From Octopus bimaculoides (lineage: Eukaryota), in assembly GCF_001194135.2 (NCBI RefSeq), contig NC_068982.1, positions 121,110,146-121,174,145 on the forward strand: a stretch of 64,000 bases of DNA. The letters are read 5' to 3'. A program made the translations under genes and the position numbers. Below, one piece after another: positions 27,501 through 39,798 of this stretch (position 1 is its first letter; each line of letters opens with the position of its first letter). Below the pieces are notes generated by a model. That model did no database searches, had not been told where the DNA came from, and was given only the letters and a program-made list of their open reading frames with translations.

Positions 27501-30500
27501 GTTTAAAATATCATTTATAATTTGATAATTGAATATTATTAGGAATTGCATAAAAAGAAATTGTTAAAATAATTTGTGAATTGTAGAAGTAGAACCTATT
27601 TATTGCAAAAAAAATTTTAACACCAAAATCTTATATGGCCCCTGGTTGAGAACCACTGCTTTATGTAATGTGGAACTGAGTCAGACTTCTATTAAATACA
27701 TGTATCTCCAACTAAATGTGTTGAGTATCTCTTTCTTTAGTTTATTCACTCATTTGTGTGTGCATGTGTGTGTTGACGTATAAATTACACACTTAACCTT
27801 TTTGTTACCATATTTCTGTTGAGATGCTCTGTTTCTTTCAATTAATTTTAAATATAACAAAGAATTTAGTAAATTAACTTAGTTGCTATTAAGCTAGTGT
27901 TAGGAACATAAATTGTGACTAAGGTTTGGTGGAAGATTTTAATTCAGAACTTGAAAAGAAGATATTTGTACTATAGAGCCAGAGGTGGTTTCAACCAGGT
28001 TGGTATCAAAAGGGTTAAACTATACAATTATTATTTATAAAATAAGAAAAAATGTTGTTTCCTTAATGAGAATTGAACCATGTATCTTGTTTGTCAGTCA
28101 AGGTTAACTATTACATTATGTTGTTGGTGATATTTGCTGAAATAATGTATTTTGACTAATGTATTTGAGTATTTGAATTGTAGGCTTTATTCAAATGAAT
28201 GGCCATCTGGCTTGGTAAACTTTCACCACTTGCACACTGATGTGCTTTTTTTATGCCTTCTCTCTGTTTTTTCTTACTGCTCTATTAAACTAACAAGCTG
28301 TGTATCAAAATGCCCACCTCTTATACATAATGTCTCACCTACCCGATTTTACCACTTGTCATGCATAGTGTCTTACACACCCCACTCCACCTTTTATTGC
28401 ATATTCTGTCTCACTTCATCATCCCGCTCCTTGTCATATATATACAGCTCCTCACTCACCACCCTATTCCCCCACCTATTGTCATGCATACTGTTTCACT
28501 CACCCATCATCTCTTGTCATACACAATATCCCAAAGGCTCCACTCTACACTGAACACTTTGCTTGGTCCTTAACTTGAGCCTGAACTTCTGGAACTTTGT
28601 ACTTGTTCATATTATGGTTGTTTAACCCCTGGTCTTATAGAAACGTTTCACCTGTAACCATCTTTTCTTTTGTGCTTTTTTTTTTTGTTAAGATGATAGT
28701 GTGTGATTTGAGAGAGATGTGGTTGTTATTTCTAACAAGTTGAATGACCACTTATAGCTTCCTAGTTTTCCTTCTTTTTTTAATTTTCTCTCTAGCATCA
28801 ACATAGAGATGTTCAAACTGAGCAACCCCACTGTGAAGGATGCTTTGAAAAAGCTACAAGTGTGGCCCTTCCTGTTCTTTCTCAAATTACTGAAATACTT
28901 AGATATTTAAATCAATTATTGACGACCCCTATTCACTTTTGGAAAAGAGAGAAATGGAATAGCTTGAAGTAGGAGCCTGTATGAGATCACTACCTGCTAG
29001 AAATAACAACTCAATTTCCCTCAAATGGCATCTTCCCTCTTAAGAAAGGAAAGACACATTAGGTAGTTCTTGCTATTCCCAAATAAACAGGATGGTTATG
29101 GCCATTCTGTCTGTTTAGGGATTTCCTCAGTAAGAGTTGACCTTATTCCTAACAACTATAATAGGGTGACAGACTCCACTGCTCAAGAGACTTCACCTTT
29201 TGTTCTCTCGCAATACATCAAATAACAACTTAGATAATCCTGTAGGTGTGGTTTTACAAGCAAATTTCATTCATTGTTGTTATAATAGCTTCCTTTTACC
29301 ATTCACTGTGTTGTTGTTACTATTGTTGTAAGGGTGGGTTAACAGTCATGTCTTTCTCTCTTTCTATTCAATATTGTTGTTGTGAGTCAACAGACATGTC
29401 TTTTCCCCCCATTCAGTGTGTGTCTTGTTGTTATTGTAGGTCTAGCTTATCAGAAGCCAGTCGCTCGAGACACATGTCTTCAGCCAGTGCCAACACTCAT
29501 GATGTGGAACTTATTGACCCTCTATTCACCTGTAAAGAATTACCAATGCCAAAGTAAGTATATTTTTCTTTTCATACACACACAAATATACTCACATTAC
29601 TCACATAATTTATCTCTCATACTCTTCAGATATTTCAAATAATTTTTGTTTATTGTGCTGTGTTTTTATCATACATTCTAGAAGTGATTTTGTATCTACT
29701 GTGATGTCTACACTGTATATGATGATGCATCATTGAGTTGTTATACAGACCAGATGACTATAGCTTAATCACAGTAAGGAATAGCTGGCCAGAGAATTAT
29801 TAGATGTAGTTTATGATGTTATTTGTTTGATTCCATCATTCCAACATTTGCCATTGTGCCAGCTGGAAGCACAACCTTCATGTATTTTTGATATATGCTA
29901 TTCTTACAGGTCAGTTGTTAAAAAGTGTGGTGCAAACAGCATGTCTGTACAATTTCTATAGAAACAGTTCTTATGAGAAAAAGAATTATGATTGATAGTG
30001 GATGGACAGCATTATCAGTAGCGTTGGGTAAAATACCAGTGGTATTTGAAGTATTCCTTTATCCTCTAAGGTCACAATCTGAATCATACTGTTTTATTTT
30101 ATTCTTCCGGGGCTGATAGAATAACTATCAATGAAGTACTTCAAATACTGGCCACATGTATTGAGGTTGATATAATCAGCTTCAGGTTTGAAGGTGGTAG
30201 ATACTCTGGCATGGTGGCTGCGGTCTAGTGATCAAAACCAGTAAAGCACTAAAGGAACAATATCAGTATTCATTGACTTGTAATGGGTTTCATTTGATTC
30301 TTGTCAACAGAGTTATTAATTTCTGAATATTGGATTTATATTTTGGAATTTTGCAACACATTTCTCTGAAAAATCTAAGATTTTGTGCAATAACACCTTG
30401 GATTTTTATTATTCAATGTAAAGAATTATCCAATTTAATTCTTGTAACTCTATTCTATGCATTGTAATTTTATCTTTTTCAGGTGCAATAGTCAGGGAAC

Positions 30501-33500
30501 AAAAAAAGCGGTTAGCAGTTTTGCGAAGAATTTTGGCCGTTCCTTACTGGCAGATTTTTCCGACCATTATTTATCTGATTTTGTATTACATGGAACATCA
30601 AGTTCACACTTTCATCGAAAGATGAACAAAGACCTTCAACAAGCAGTTCAGGTAGTAACTACTATTGTGTATTTGTTGTAGTTGTATTAGTTATGTTACA
30701 GTAGAGTTTTAGTAGCTCTTGTTATTAGATATCTGTGGTAGTCGTGAGGTAATTGTGGTCAGTTTTTCAATAATGTAAATACTTGAGGTTATATTAGCTA
30801 CTGTAGACTTGTAGTAGTTATATTCCTACTGCGACAGATTTTGCTAATGTTTAGAAAGGTTCTATAGGCCTAGCACATTAATTGTGTCATTCTTTCACTT
30901 CAAGAAGTATGTTTGATAGAGCAGAGTAATAAAGACAGGTGTGAACTGTAGTGTGGTTGTCCTGATATGCTTGGGGTGTAGTGTGATATTGATGGCATGT
31001 GAATGTGTTAGTGTGGTCATACAGTACGAGAGGCAGTGTGGTGGTGATGGACATGTCTGGTGTAGTCTGGTGATAAGGACATGTTGTGTTGGGTGTAGTG
31101 TTGTAGTAAGGACTTGTGTGTTGGTGCAGTGTGATTAGTGTGGACATGTGGAATGAAGTGTGGCAATCAGAATACTTATGTTAAACTGATGTCTAGTAGT
31201 TTATCAATGTAACAGAACATTCAGTTTGTTATTCATTTTATCTTTATGTACCTGGTGGATTTAGTGGTGCTTGTATCAAGACTAGGTAATGTGGACTGTG
31301 CCAATTTTCTGATAATAATCAAAGGAAACACATAATTGTCATTAACTGAATAGAAATAGTGACAGTTATTGTCTCTTCGACAGCCAACTTACTTCTACTG
31401 CTGACTTGTTCTTCAACACTGAAGTCACCAGTAGAATTTCAACTCCTACTTTGATAGTAGCTCAGTATCACAACTATAATGCCATTGTTTGTTATACATA
31501 ATTTCTTCTGTTTCTTTTCAGCACTCTATCTTGGATGAACCTATCACAGAAGCTGTGTGTATTTTAGCAAACACTGATGAATGGTGCGTATAACTTCTGG
31601 CTCTTCATTATTGATTGTCATCATTTTGGCGCCAACTGCAGCACTTCTGTTGTTATTGTCATCATTATGTTCATTATTACTTATAAGTCATTACTGCTAC
31701 TAATGCAAAAATTGCTGAAACTACAGGAGATTTGGCCTTCTCTTTAGAACCAAGAAATATTCCAGCTTTAAGTTGTTGCTGACTCCACTCTTTCAGTTAA
31801 ATGAATGCAGTCTTATTGGGGCATCACCTTGTAGGGTTTTAATTAGTACTATCAACCCTGGTACTTATGTTTCAAAGCCTGTAACTTATCATATTGATCT
31901 GTATGTTGAGTTTCTAAGTTACAGAACATGAACTAGCAATGTCAGTGTAAAGACAGACATCATAACAGATACATAAACATACACATACAGCATCATCATC
32001 ATCATTATCATCATCATCATTATCATAATCATCATTTTACATTTGCATTCCTGGCTGGTATAGGTTGGATTGGTTGTTACAGTCCAAGTCATTTCATATT
32101 GGAAGCAAACACTCATAGACAGGTACTCATAATCATTTGGTTTGGTTTCTACAGCTGGCTGGCTGCTTTCCTATTGCCATCCACATTGTAGCATGTACTT
32201 CATGCATTTTCTCATGACACAAACAATAGAGAGGTTGAAACATTCCTCAGCAAACAAGGATCTCACAACCTTATGCTTTCTTTGTGCATTTTTCATCTAC
32301 TTTTACAGTGTATACAGCATGAATTTTATATATGGTGGGCTTCTACACAGTTTCTGTCTACCACTTTCTGTTTACAAGGCATTGATTAGTATGAGCAGTG
32401 AAACTCAACCAAAGACCGTGGTTATTAAAGAAACTTTTTAACCATACAGTCATGCCATATTCCAAATGAAGAACTATTCTCTTACTAGGTGGTGTAAATG
32501 ATTCACATGGTAAACAAACAATTGTCTTTGACAATATGGCCATTGTATTTTACCTACATTCTACCTGTTTTTACTACTACTACTACTACTAGATGAATCA
32601 ATTCACATATTAAAGAATTAAATGACATTTTAATATTGATGCTGTCAATATTGTTGTTTCTGTGTGTTGGCAGTAGAGTGTTGGACAAATGGTATTTATT
32701 CATATCTTCTTACATTCTGTGTTTAAATCCAGGTTCAATTTTACCTTTCATAATTCAGTATTCTCTTTATATTAGTTTAAAGTCTTTTGCATATGTTAGA
32801 AATCAGTATTATAGTATCTGTAACTGGTATGGTTTAGCCTAATGACACTATATCTCACCATGAGTACTTAATGTTGTACACAGATCCAGTCCCAATTGTA
32901 AGGGTCTTTGTGTTTCTTTTGAAGAGGTTAGGAGTATTTTTGGGAGAAACTTAAACTAATGAAGAGAAGTGGCTAGTTTACCTCCCTAACACTGAACTTT
33001 ATTCTAACTTCTGTCCAAACAGTCTTACGTTTTTGGTATTGAAAAAAGATATATTGTGCAGTTTATTTACCTTGATAACTACTGTAAATTATATTTTAGT
33101 TAATATTCCAGTCAGTTTTGGTAAGAATATAATTGTTTTTCATTTCTTGATTACAGGAATGTTAGCATTGCCAGTAGCTGCAGAATTGATAAATCTCCAA
33201 TCCCTTGCTCTGCTTCTCGCTTAGTCTGTGATATGGTTGAATCTGTGTCAGATCTGTGGAAACTAAAGATGAGCCCTGAATTTGTAAGTAGATTCGCTTC
33301 CTCCTTTTAAAGGAAAAAAAAATTTTGAGAGAAGGAATATTTTTGTACTAAGTTTTTTTTTTTTATAATCATCATTTTAACATTCACTTTTTCATGCCGA
33401 CATGGATTGAACACATAGACACTGTCTAAATCAGGGCTTATTTGGACCACATCTCACTTGTATGCTTTGTTTTTGGCATGATTTCTATCACTGGATGCTT

Positions 33501-35392
33501 TTCTTCTCACTAATCTATTCACAGAGTGTACTGAGTTCATTTTATCATAGCATCAGTTTTAGAGACAGCATTGTCTTCAACAAGACTAAAGACTTCTCTC
33601 TACCCTTTGTTGTGTATTCATTCATTCCTTTCTTTGTAAACCAACAGGATAGGAGAAAGTGAGAGTGATAGAAAGAGAGTAATATAGGAGAGCTTGTGTG
33701 ATAAGAACTAGTGGGGTGAGAGAGAGAGAGAGAGAGAGAGAGTAGTAGGTAGGTAGACTGCTATATGATGGTTGTTGGTGAGAAATAGAAAGAATACAAC
33801 TAAGGGTAATAAGACTGAGATTGTAATAGAGAGCTACATGATGGTTGGGTGATGACAGAGTGAAGGGTGTCAATACATGATAGAGAAGGGAGTGATAGAG
33901 GAGGAACTAATGAAGAGAGAGTAGTAGGGAAGGGAGTAATGGAGAGAGGGAGAGAGAGAGAGAGCAATAGGAGAAGGTTTGCTTTTTAATACTCTTTATT
34001 TTAAATATATCAAAACTTAATAGTAGGATAGATTAGTATGTATTCATATCCATATATAATTAGTCTCATTGCTAAATTAGGTCCATGTTAAGGCCACATG
34101 ATTTTTTTTTTCTGGCAGCTTTGAATGGGGCTCAAACTGACTGGTTTTGTTGTTAGTTAACAATTTATTAGCATTTCTTTATCCCTCCCTTCTAAACTAC
34201 CAGATAATATTATGGAAGGTTACTTATTAAAATGCCAACAAGATTTTAAATAGTACAAGTTATATAATCCTGATGAACTGTTAAAGAAAAAACAACAAAA
34301 ATGCTTTGTTCAGTTCTAATTCCAAGCTGCAATAAAGGCTCTCTGGTCTCATCATAATGCTTAATTTCATGACAAATCTAAATAACTAGATATGGCCCAA
34401 GCCATATTTGTCTATCTGTATAGAGCCCCCCCTCTCTTTTTGTCTATCCACACTTCAAGTATCTATTGAATAAGTTGTCTCTTACCATGAGACCAGACAT
34501 ATGAACAAGTTAATTTTTCTGTATGGTTTTAAAAGCTGTTACACTACATTTGTCTTTTGTTTTAGTCAGGAACCTTATTGTCTGTTTGTTTGCTTATTGG
34601 TAGTTGTCCACCTTAAACAGATGCTGCTTTTCTCTCTAGTGAACTTTCATTGATTTAGAACCAGTCTTCCTATATACTATCTATTCATTGTATATATTGT
34701 AACTCATTCCATATAGTATTCATCTGTCATAAGCTTAGATAGTAAATATATCACATTGTTGTTTATTATAATAGTGTATGATGCATCTTGAAGATCGTCT
34801 ACAAGAGATCTACTTCAAGAGTATGATGTTGGTAGAATATGCTCATGGAATTAACAAACCCTCTATGAAAGAACTGACAACAATGTTGGGGTAAGTATTC
34901 TCACCTTTACTAATTTTAGACACTATATAGATCTGCTCTTTAGAATCTCTTGCTTGCTGGCTTCAATCTTTATATCTACCTGTAAATGGTGTTTAGCTGT
35001 GGGGTTAACATACTAGATACTAATCTTTTTGCCTCAGTCTGTTTTACTCTACAACACATGTCCCATCTATCTCATACTTGAGTAAATGGCTTCTAAATTG
35101 TTATGGTTGTTCTAATAATTTATAACTAATTGCAAAATTAGCAAAACAGCTAATATATAAACAGCAACAATTATTAAAAAAACGGTAATTTAATTCGCTG
35201 CATATAAAATGAAAATTTGGGTATTTTTGCCTTTGTCGTAGTTGTCAAGTAACTCCAATCAGTTTTAATGAGCCCCACCCCCAAGCAAGAAGTTGCTTGG
35301 TCAGTTTCTAATCAAACTCATTCTGCTTTCCTTGAGGAGCTTCTGGTCCTTAAGCTCTTTACTCTTTAGCATTCAGATTATTCTGTCAAATG

Positions 35393-35435
<43 letters not shown>

Positions 35436-36079
35436 TTAACGTCCGCTTTCCATGCTAGCATGGGTTGGACGATTTGACTGAGGAATGGTGAACCAGATGG
35501 CTACACCAGGCTTCAATCCGATTTGGCAGAGTTTCTACAGCTGGATGCCCTTCCTAACGCTAACCACTCAATGAGTGTAGTGGGTACTTTTACGTGCCAC
35601 CGGCACGAAGGCCAGTCAGGAGGTACTGGCAACGGCCACGCTCGAAATGGTGTATTTTACGTGCCATCTGCACAGGAGCCAGTCCAGCGGGACTGGCAAC
35701 CTCATAGCTTTGAGAGTTCAATGATGTGATGGTTTTAAAATGATATTGTAGGGTAGGTGTTTGAGGCTAGATCTGGCCAGGTAGAATATTTTGGCCAGAT
35801 GTGGCTGGTTTAAATGCTAAAGGGTTAAAATGTGGTTCTCATTTCAAGAATAAGGTGTTTGTTGACAGTGATTTTGCTACATTAAAAAGACAAAATGTAG
35901 AAATTTTCTTGTTGACATATTTAATTTGTAGACATCATGTATAGTTAACCTCTACTTTTTGTCATCTTTTAGAATATATTTTAAAAATGCTTCTTTTCTT
36001 CCTTATTTTCAGGTTTGATGCCAGTGATATTCCATTGCTATTAGCTGTGGCATCAACTCATTCCAGCCAAGCTGCTTGA
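3846..36079 (+). CDS. FNIP1/2: Folliculin-interacting protein (FNIP1/2 orthologue), 5'-partial multi-exon gene: join(3846-3908 and/or 4360-4422,14228-14328,14826-14891,17047-17129,19408-19476,21277-21431,21665-21747,21886-22006,22952-23124,23972-24089,24329-24381,24854-25732,29440-29553,30483-30651,31522-31583,33157-33283,34775-34890,36013-36079)
   Basis: All exons are bounded by AG/GT and chain in one frame (2619 nt with one copy of the 63-nt exon, ending TGA). Recognisable FNIP motifs: [108 protein letters not shown]. Start codon and N-terminal exons not found. Confidence 0.95.
4360..4422 (+). CDS. FNIP1/2: FNIP candidate exon, copy B (63 nt, phase 0-0): [21 protein letters not shown]
   Basis: tctttttccag acceptor and CTA|gtaagc donor; 56/63 nt identical to copy A; open in frame 0. 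Confidence 0.7.
5770..5919 (+). repeat. 38-bp minisatellite, 4 identical copies running into an N-gap
   Basis: Unit gtgagtgatggttagagattgggcttgaggtgaaagta at 5770, 5808, 5846, 5884; no spacers. Confidence 0.95.
10690..11315 (+). mobile_element. RTE LINE 3' end joined to a family-B SINE-like tail
   Basis: Degenerate RxxWYxH...[12 protein letters not shown]...WRYAV at 10700-10915; internal sub-repeats; ends in the catggacattgttaaatgatga tail shared with family B. Confidence 0.75.
14228..14328 (+). CDS. FNIP1/2: FNIP exon [34 protein letters not shown]
   Basis: ttcacag|TAT ... CTTAG|gtac; 101 nt; FNIP_N motif GSVAMxYKG. Confidence 0.95.
14826..14891 (+). CDS. FNIP1/2: FNIP exon [22 protein letters not shown]
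   Basis: tacag|A ... GGCAG|gtatgt; 66 nt, phase 2-2; matches SPPQLMLSKVF. Confidence 0.93.
17047..17129 (+). CDS. FNIP1/2: FNIP exon [27 protein letters not shown]
   Basis: tttcag|T ... ATAG|gtaagt; 83 nt; needed to bridge phase 2 to phase 1. Confidence 0.85.
18802..19010 (+). mobile_element. SINE family B ((GAT)n-tailed), well-conserved copy
   Basis: gccagtaccgcctgactggc...ggcgttaggaagggcatccagctgt...catgctagcat...gttaaacgatgatgat; near-identical reverse copy at 35393-35700; fragments near 570-635, 26022-26180, 38515-38635, 53563-53630 and elsewhere. Confidence 0.9.
19408..19476 (+). CDS. FNIP1/2: FNIP exon [23 protein letters not shown]
   Basis: tttccag|CC ... TCAA|gtaagt; 69 nt; HSxPMDMP ... 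DSG motif. Confidence 0.92.
20887..21020 (-). mobile_element. tRNA-derived SINE family C
   Basis: tttcagtttccgtctaccaaatccactca...gaaccatgtggttg...; related copies at about 9075-9230, 15640-15780, 40735-40815 (minus) and 51555-51680, 53405-53500 (plus). Confidence 0.8.
21277..21431 (+). CDS. FNIP1/2: FNIP exon [52 protein letters not shown]
   Basis: tgtcag|TT ... GAT|gtaagt; 155 nt; FPSP, SSY, RRWxRxQxTSLE motifs. Confidence 0.92.
21665..21747 (+). CDS. FNIP1/2: FNIP exon [28 protein letters not shown]
   Basis: ttccag|ACA ... AATAG|gtagtt; 83 nt; phases 0-2 fit neighbours. Confidence 0.88.
21886..22006 (+). CDS. FNIP1/2: FNIP exon [40 protein letters not shown]
   Basis: tttctag|C ... GAG|gtaaga; 121 nt; FFFxHxPLFExH motif. 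Confidence 0.93.
22952..23124 (+). CDS. FNIP1/2: FNIP exon [58 protein letters not shown]
   Basis: ctatag|GGT ... CACTT|gtaagt; 173 nt; LYTxPRxxEPVWL motif. Absent from the ORF track. Confidence 0.94.
23972..24089 (+). CDS. FNIP1/2: FNIP exon [39 protein letters not shown]
   Basis: tttcag|C ... TGG|gtcagt; 118 nt; [13 protein letters not shown] motif. Confidence 0.95.
24329..24381 (+). CDS. FNIP1/2: FNIP exon [18 protein letters not shown]
   Basis: ctacag|TTG ... CTAGG|gtaagt; 53 nt; conserved [12 protein letters not shown]. Confidence 0.96.
24854..25732 (+). CDS. FNIP1/2: FNIP large exon [21 protein letters not shown]...LSYFIRCSE followed by a Ser/acidic low-complexity linker
   Basis: ttccag|A; 879 nt open frame overlapping the 278-aa ORF; donor GT|gtaagt at 25733 (an alternative GT exists at 25731). 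Confidence 0.93.
27797..28014. mobile_element. TTAA-flanked piggyBac-like MITE
   Basis: ttaa|cctttttgttacc ... ggtatcaaaaggg|ttaa terminal inverted repeats. Confidence 0.7.
29440..29553 (+). CDS. FNIP1/2: FNIP exon [38 protein letters not shown]
   Basis: ttgtag|G ... CCAAA|gtaagt; 114 nt, phase 2-2; ELPMP precedes the NFGRSL exon as expected; the 5' boundary is ambiguous (second AG at 29415-29416). Confidence 0.8.
30483..30651 (+). CDS. FNIP1/2: FNIP exon [56 protein letters not shown]
   Basis: tttcag|G ... CAG|gtagta; 169 nt; NFGRSLL, DFVL motifs. Confidence 0.95.
31522..31583 (+). CDS. FNIP1/2: FNIP exon [21 protein letters not shown]
   Basis: tttcag|CAC ... GAATG|gtgcgt; 62 nt; LDEPIxEAVCI motif. 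Confidence 0.95.
33157..33283 (+). CDS. FNIP1/2: FNIP exon [42 protein letters not shown]
   Basis: ttacag|G ... TTT|gtaagt; 127 nt; VxxASS ... SPxF motifs. Confidence 0.92.
34775..34890 (+). CDS. FNIP1/2: FNIP exon [39 protein letters not shown]
   Basis: aatag|TGT ... TTGGG|gtaagt; 116 nt; [14 protein letters not shown] motif. Confidence 0.96.
35393..35700 (-). mobile_element. SINE family B with long (ATC)n tail, nested in a TTAA-ended MITE
   Basis: Reverse complement of 18802-19010; flanked by ctttagcattcaga (about 35364) and aatgctaaagggttaa (about 35813-35828). Confidence 0.85.
36013..36079 (+). CDS. FNIP1/2: FNIP terminal coding exon [21 protein letters not shown]
   Basis: ttttcag|G; SDxPLLxAVASTHS C-terminal motif; TGA at 36077-36079. 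Confidence 0.95.
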
Positions 36080-36796
36080 ACTGAAGCCAAAACAAGACAA
36101 ATTGGCAACACAACGTTACACTTTTCTCCTGCCTCAAAATTAATGTTGCAGAAGGAAAGAAGTGCGCACACTCACACACACATGCATACATGTATACACA
36201 TACATGTTTGCATGCACATGAAAATACAAAAAGAGAATGAATGAATGAATGAATGGATGGATGGATGGATGGATGGATGAAGGGACAAAATGGCTAGAAG
36301 CCATATTGATTGAAATGATTTATTTATATCACCTTATTATCCCCAATTCCTTCCCACACTCTATTACCCCCACCCCTCCTTGGAGACAAAATCCTCAATG
36401 ACTGCTTTTTATTGCCCTGCAAGGCCAGCTTTTAACTGATGTGTGAGGACATTCACACACTAGCATGTGCACATACGCACACACGTGTGTGGGTATACAT
36501 ATGCATGTGCACGCACACACACACGTGTGTATCCATATATACACGCGCGCGCGCGCGTGTGTGTATGTATATATATACACACACATACACACAGGCCAGA
36601 AGAAAATGGATATTTTCTTTAGAGAGCCGAGACTGAAAGTTAGTGACTGGTCTTAATTCCCATTCACACTAACAATTACTCAAAATACATAGGTTCAGTT
36701 CTCAAATGGCTCTTCAATCATTTTCCATTTTCTTTCTGTCTATATATTTATAAATTTTTGGCTGAAGCTATCTATATATCTATATTTATCTGTAAA

Positions 36797-36855
<59 letters not shown>

Positions 36856-37039
36856 TTGCTGAAATTACTCTGTTGCTACTCTGAGTTTGTTTAGTATCCT
36901 TACCAAGTATAAATATGTGCTCAATAAGGATGCTTGCAAGACCCAGGGTAGCAGCAGAGCAATCTCAGCATTTCTATAATTAATAACACCCTATTTCTGA
37001 TTTGAGTATATTTTGCTTTTATTTGTAAATTCATATGTA

Positions 37040-37259
<220 letters not shown>

Positions 37260-37926
37260 AGTATGTGTGTATGCATATAAAATATATATGTGTATGTATG
37301 TATTTATATGCTGTTTTAATCCTAGGAAGGTTGTGTGGAAAATAAGCAGCTGCCCATACAATCAGTTCTTCTTCAAGCCCCTTATGTTTCCCAAAGGCAA
37401 GGGCTGATACAGTTTGGCACCAATGTTATGGTAGAAGTTTCCAGAATAAAAGAATGTAACAATCTAAGATTAGATTACCTTACAGACCTCACCTATGGAT
37501 TATGTCTCAGGTCAGTTTAGCTCCTGAAGCCTTTCACATGAACAAGTATGGCAAGGCATAAAGATTTGAGATCAGAGTTTGCACTCTCTCAGATGGACCC
37601 CCTTTGCAATCAGACCAGCTCCATCCACTTGAAGAACTGGTTTTATTTCACCAGCAACTACCTTCACCTCTTTTCCTGTCAGTATAAACAGTTCCTCTAG
37701 GCTTAGAGGCTTAGCTGCTTGAGAAGGCCACAAGTTGGTTGGGTTTGGTTTGTCAGAAGCTATTTATGACACACACCATGATGAGTACTTATTCCTTTTT
37801 TTTTTTCTGGAAGCTTGTGTCTGCTACCATTTCTTGGATTAACAACCTTGTAACCAGGTTTAGATATATGTACACACATGTACACACACACATCTAAACC
37901 TGTATATATATATATGTGTGTGTGTT

Positions 37927-37958
<32 letters not shown>

Positions 37959-37992
37959 TACACATGCTCATGTATACATATACTCATACATA

Positions 37993-38036
<44 letters not shown>

Positions 38037-39595
38037 TACATACACACACACACACATACATACACACACACACACATACATATATGGATGTTGAATATCA
38101 GATGAGCTTATTTTGCATCAAGATAAGATTGTCATAAGAGCTAAGCAGTCATTTGAAGGAAAGTTTTGAAACTTTGCCATCTCTCCCTCCCTTCCTCCTG
38201 TTACCATTGTTTTCTTCATCCACCCTTCCCTCCTTTGCACCTCCTCTTCCTTCTCCTCCTCCTCCTCTTCTCTGTTATGCTGAAATGGTTGCTTGATCTG
38301 TACGTTGGACATGTTTCATCTGTTGACAAGCAGGAACATGTCACAACTCTTTAGACTTTCATTGAAAAATAAATTGGATTCTTGCATCATCATATAAACA
38401 TGTGATTGTGGCGTTCATCTGCTCTTTGTCTCTTATTTGTTGAGGTGTTGGTGGGAATTAGGGGTCGTTTTAACTGTTGTGATGTTGGCAAGCTTGAGGG
38501 TTTTACTGGGTTCATCATCATCCTTTAACGTCCGTTTTCCATGCTGGCATGTGTTGGATCATTTGACCAGAGCTGGGAAGCTGCACTAGGTTCCCATCTG
38601 ATTTGGCTTGGCTTTTATGGCTGGATGCCCTTCTTATAGGGAGAATTGTTTGGATGAACTGAACAACAATATCAGACAGAAATATACCACCAACAAAAGA
38701 TGTGGCACCCTATATGATCACTGAAAAATTTCTAGAAAGTAGCAGCCAAATTTTGCTCAGGTCACACTAACACTTAAAAAAAGGATGGACACATTGGATA
38801 ATGTAATCTGTAATACTGTATGTCTAAATAAAAGACAAGATGGTCACAGCTGGAATTTTTTAGATCATAGATCTGCTGTTGTAGATTTGATTTGTGGTTA
38901 AACAATGATCAATAATAATAATTCCACTAATGCAGAGCTGTTAGAAATAGCAGTGCAATCTCCCTCAGCTACACTTTATCATCATTTTATAAAGAGAAAC
39001 CTTGACTGATACGGTCATAAATATATGCAAAAGAGGATGGTCACAGCTGGGATGTCATGGATTATAGGTCTGTTGGATCAGGGTTCATGTGGGGTTTACA
39101 AATACAGCATCAAAATATATTTGTTGAGATAAGAAAGATAAGAAAGAACTGAAAAATTGATTCTTGTAGAGGGAATGGTGTTAGTGATGGAAACGAGAAT
39201 AATAGGAGGAGGAGTTATGTACAAATATTTTAATCAGATGAGGAAGGTGATGAATATGATTTTTGCAGCCTAACCTTTTTCAAATCAGTGTGTACAGAGA
39301 TGGAATGCTTGCAACAGAATGAATTTCATTAAAGACAGCATCGATGGCAGTGCTAAAAACTAAGCGCTGTCTATTATTATTATCTGAGCTGATCACAAAA
39401 CAAAACAAAAGCAGGTTTGGCTGTGTTATTTGATCTCTTTAGCCTTGATTTTTCAACAGGTTATTCAGTTTGACCTCAAATTTCTCACCTTGATAGTTTT
39501 TGCCATGTTGTTGTCCAGAAGATACAACTAAACATAGGAATATAATGAGATATGTCAAGTTTTTATGGAGATTTCCAGAGATAGTTTTAACTTGA

Positions 39596-39798
39596 TAATC
39601 CTTTCTACTATAGGCACAAGACCTGGAATTTGTGGTGAGGGGCTAGTCAATTACATCAACCCCCAGTGTTCTACTGGTACTTATTTCATTGACACTGAAA
39701 GGAGATGAAAGGCAAAGAATACTTCAGTGGAATTTGAAAGATGGACAAAATGCTACAAAGCATTTTGTCTGGTGTGCTAACAGTTCTGCCAGCTTACC
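39596..39798 (-). mobile_element. tRNA-derived SINE, family A
   Basis: Reverse-oriented match to the family A core and head. Confidence 0.8.
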
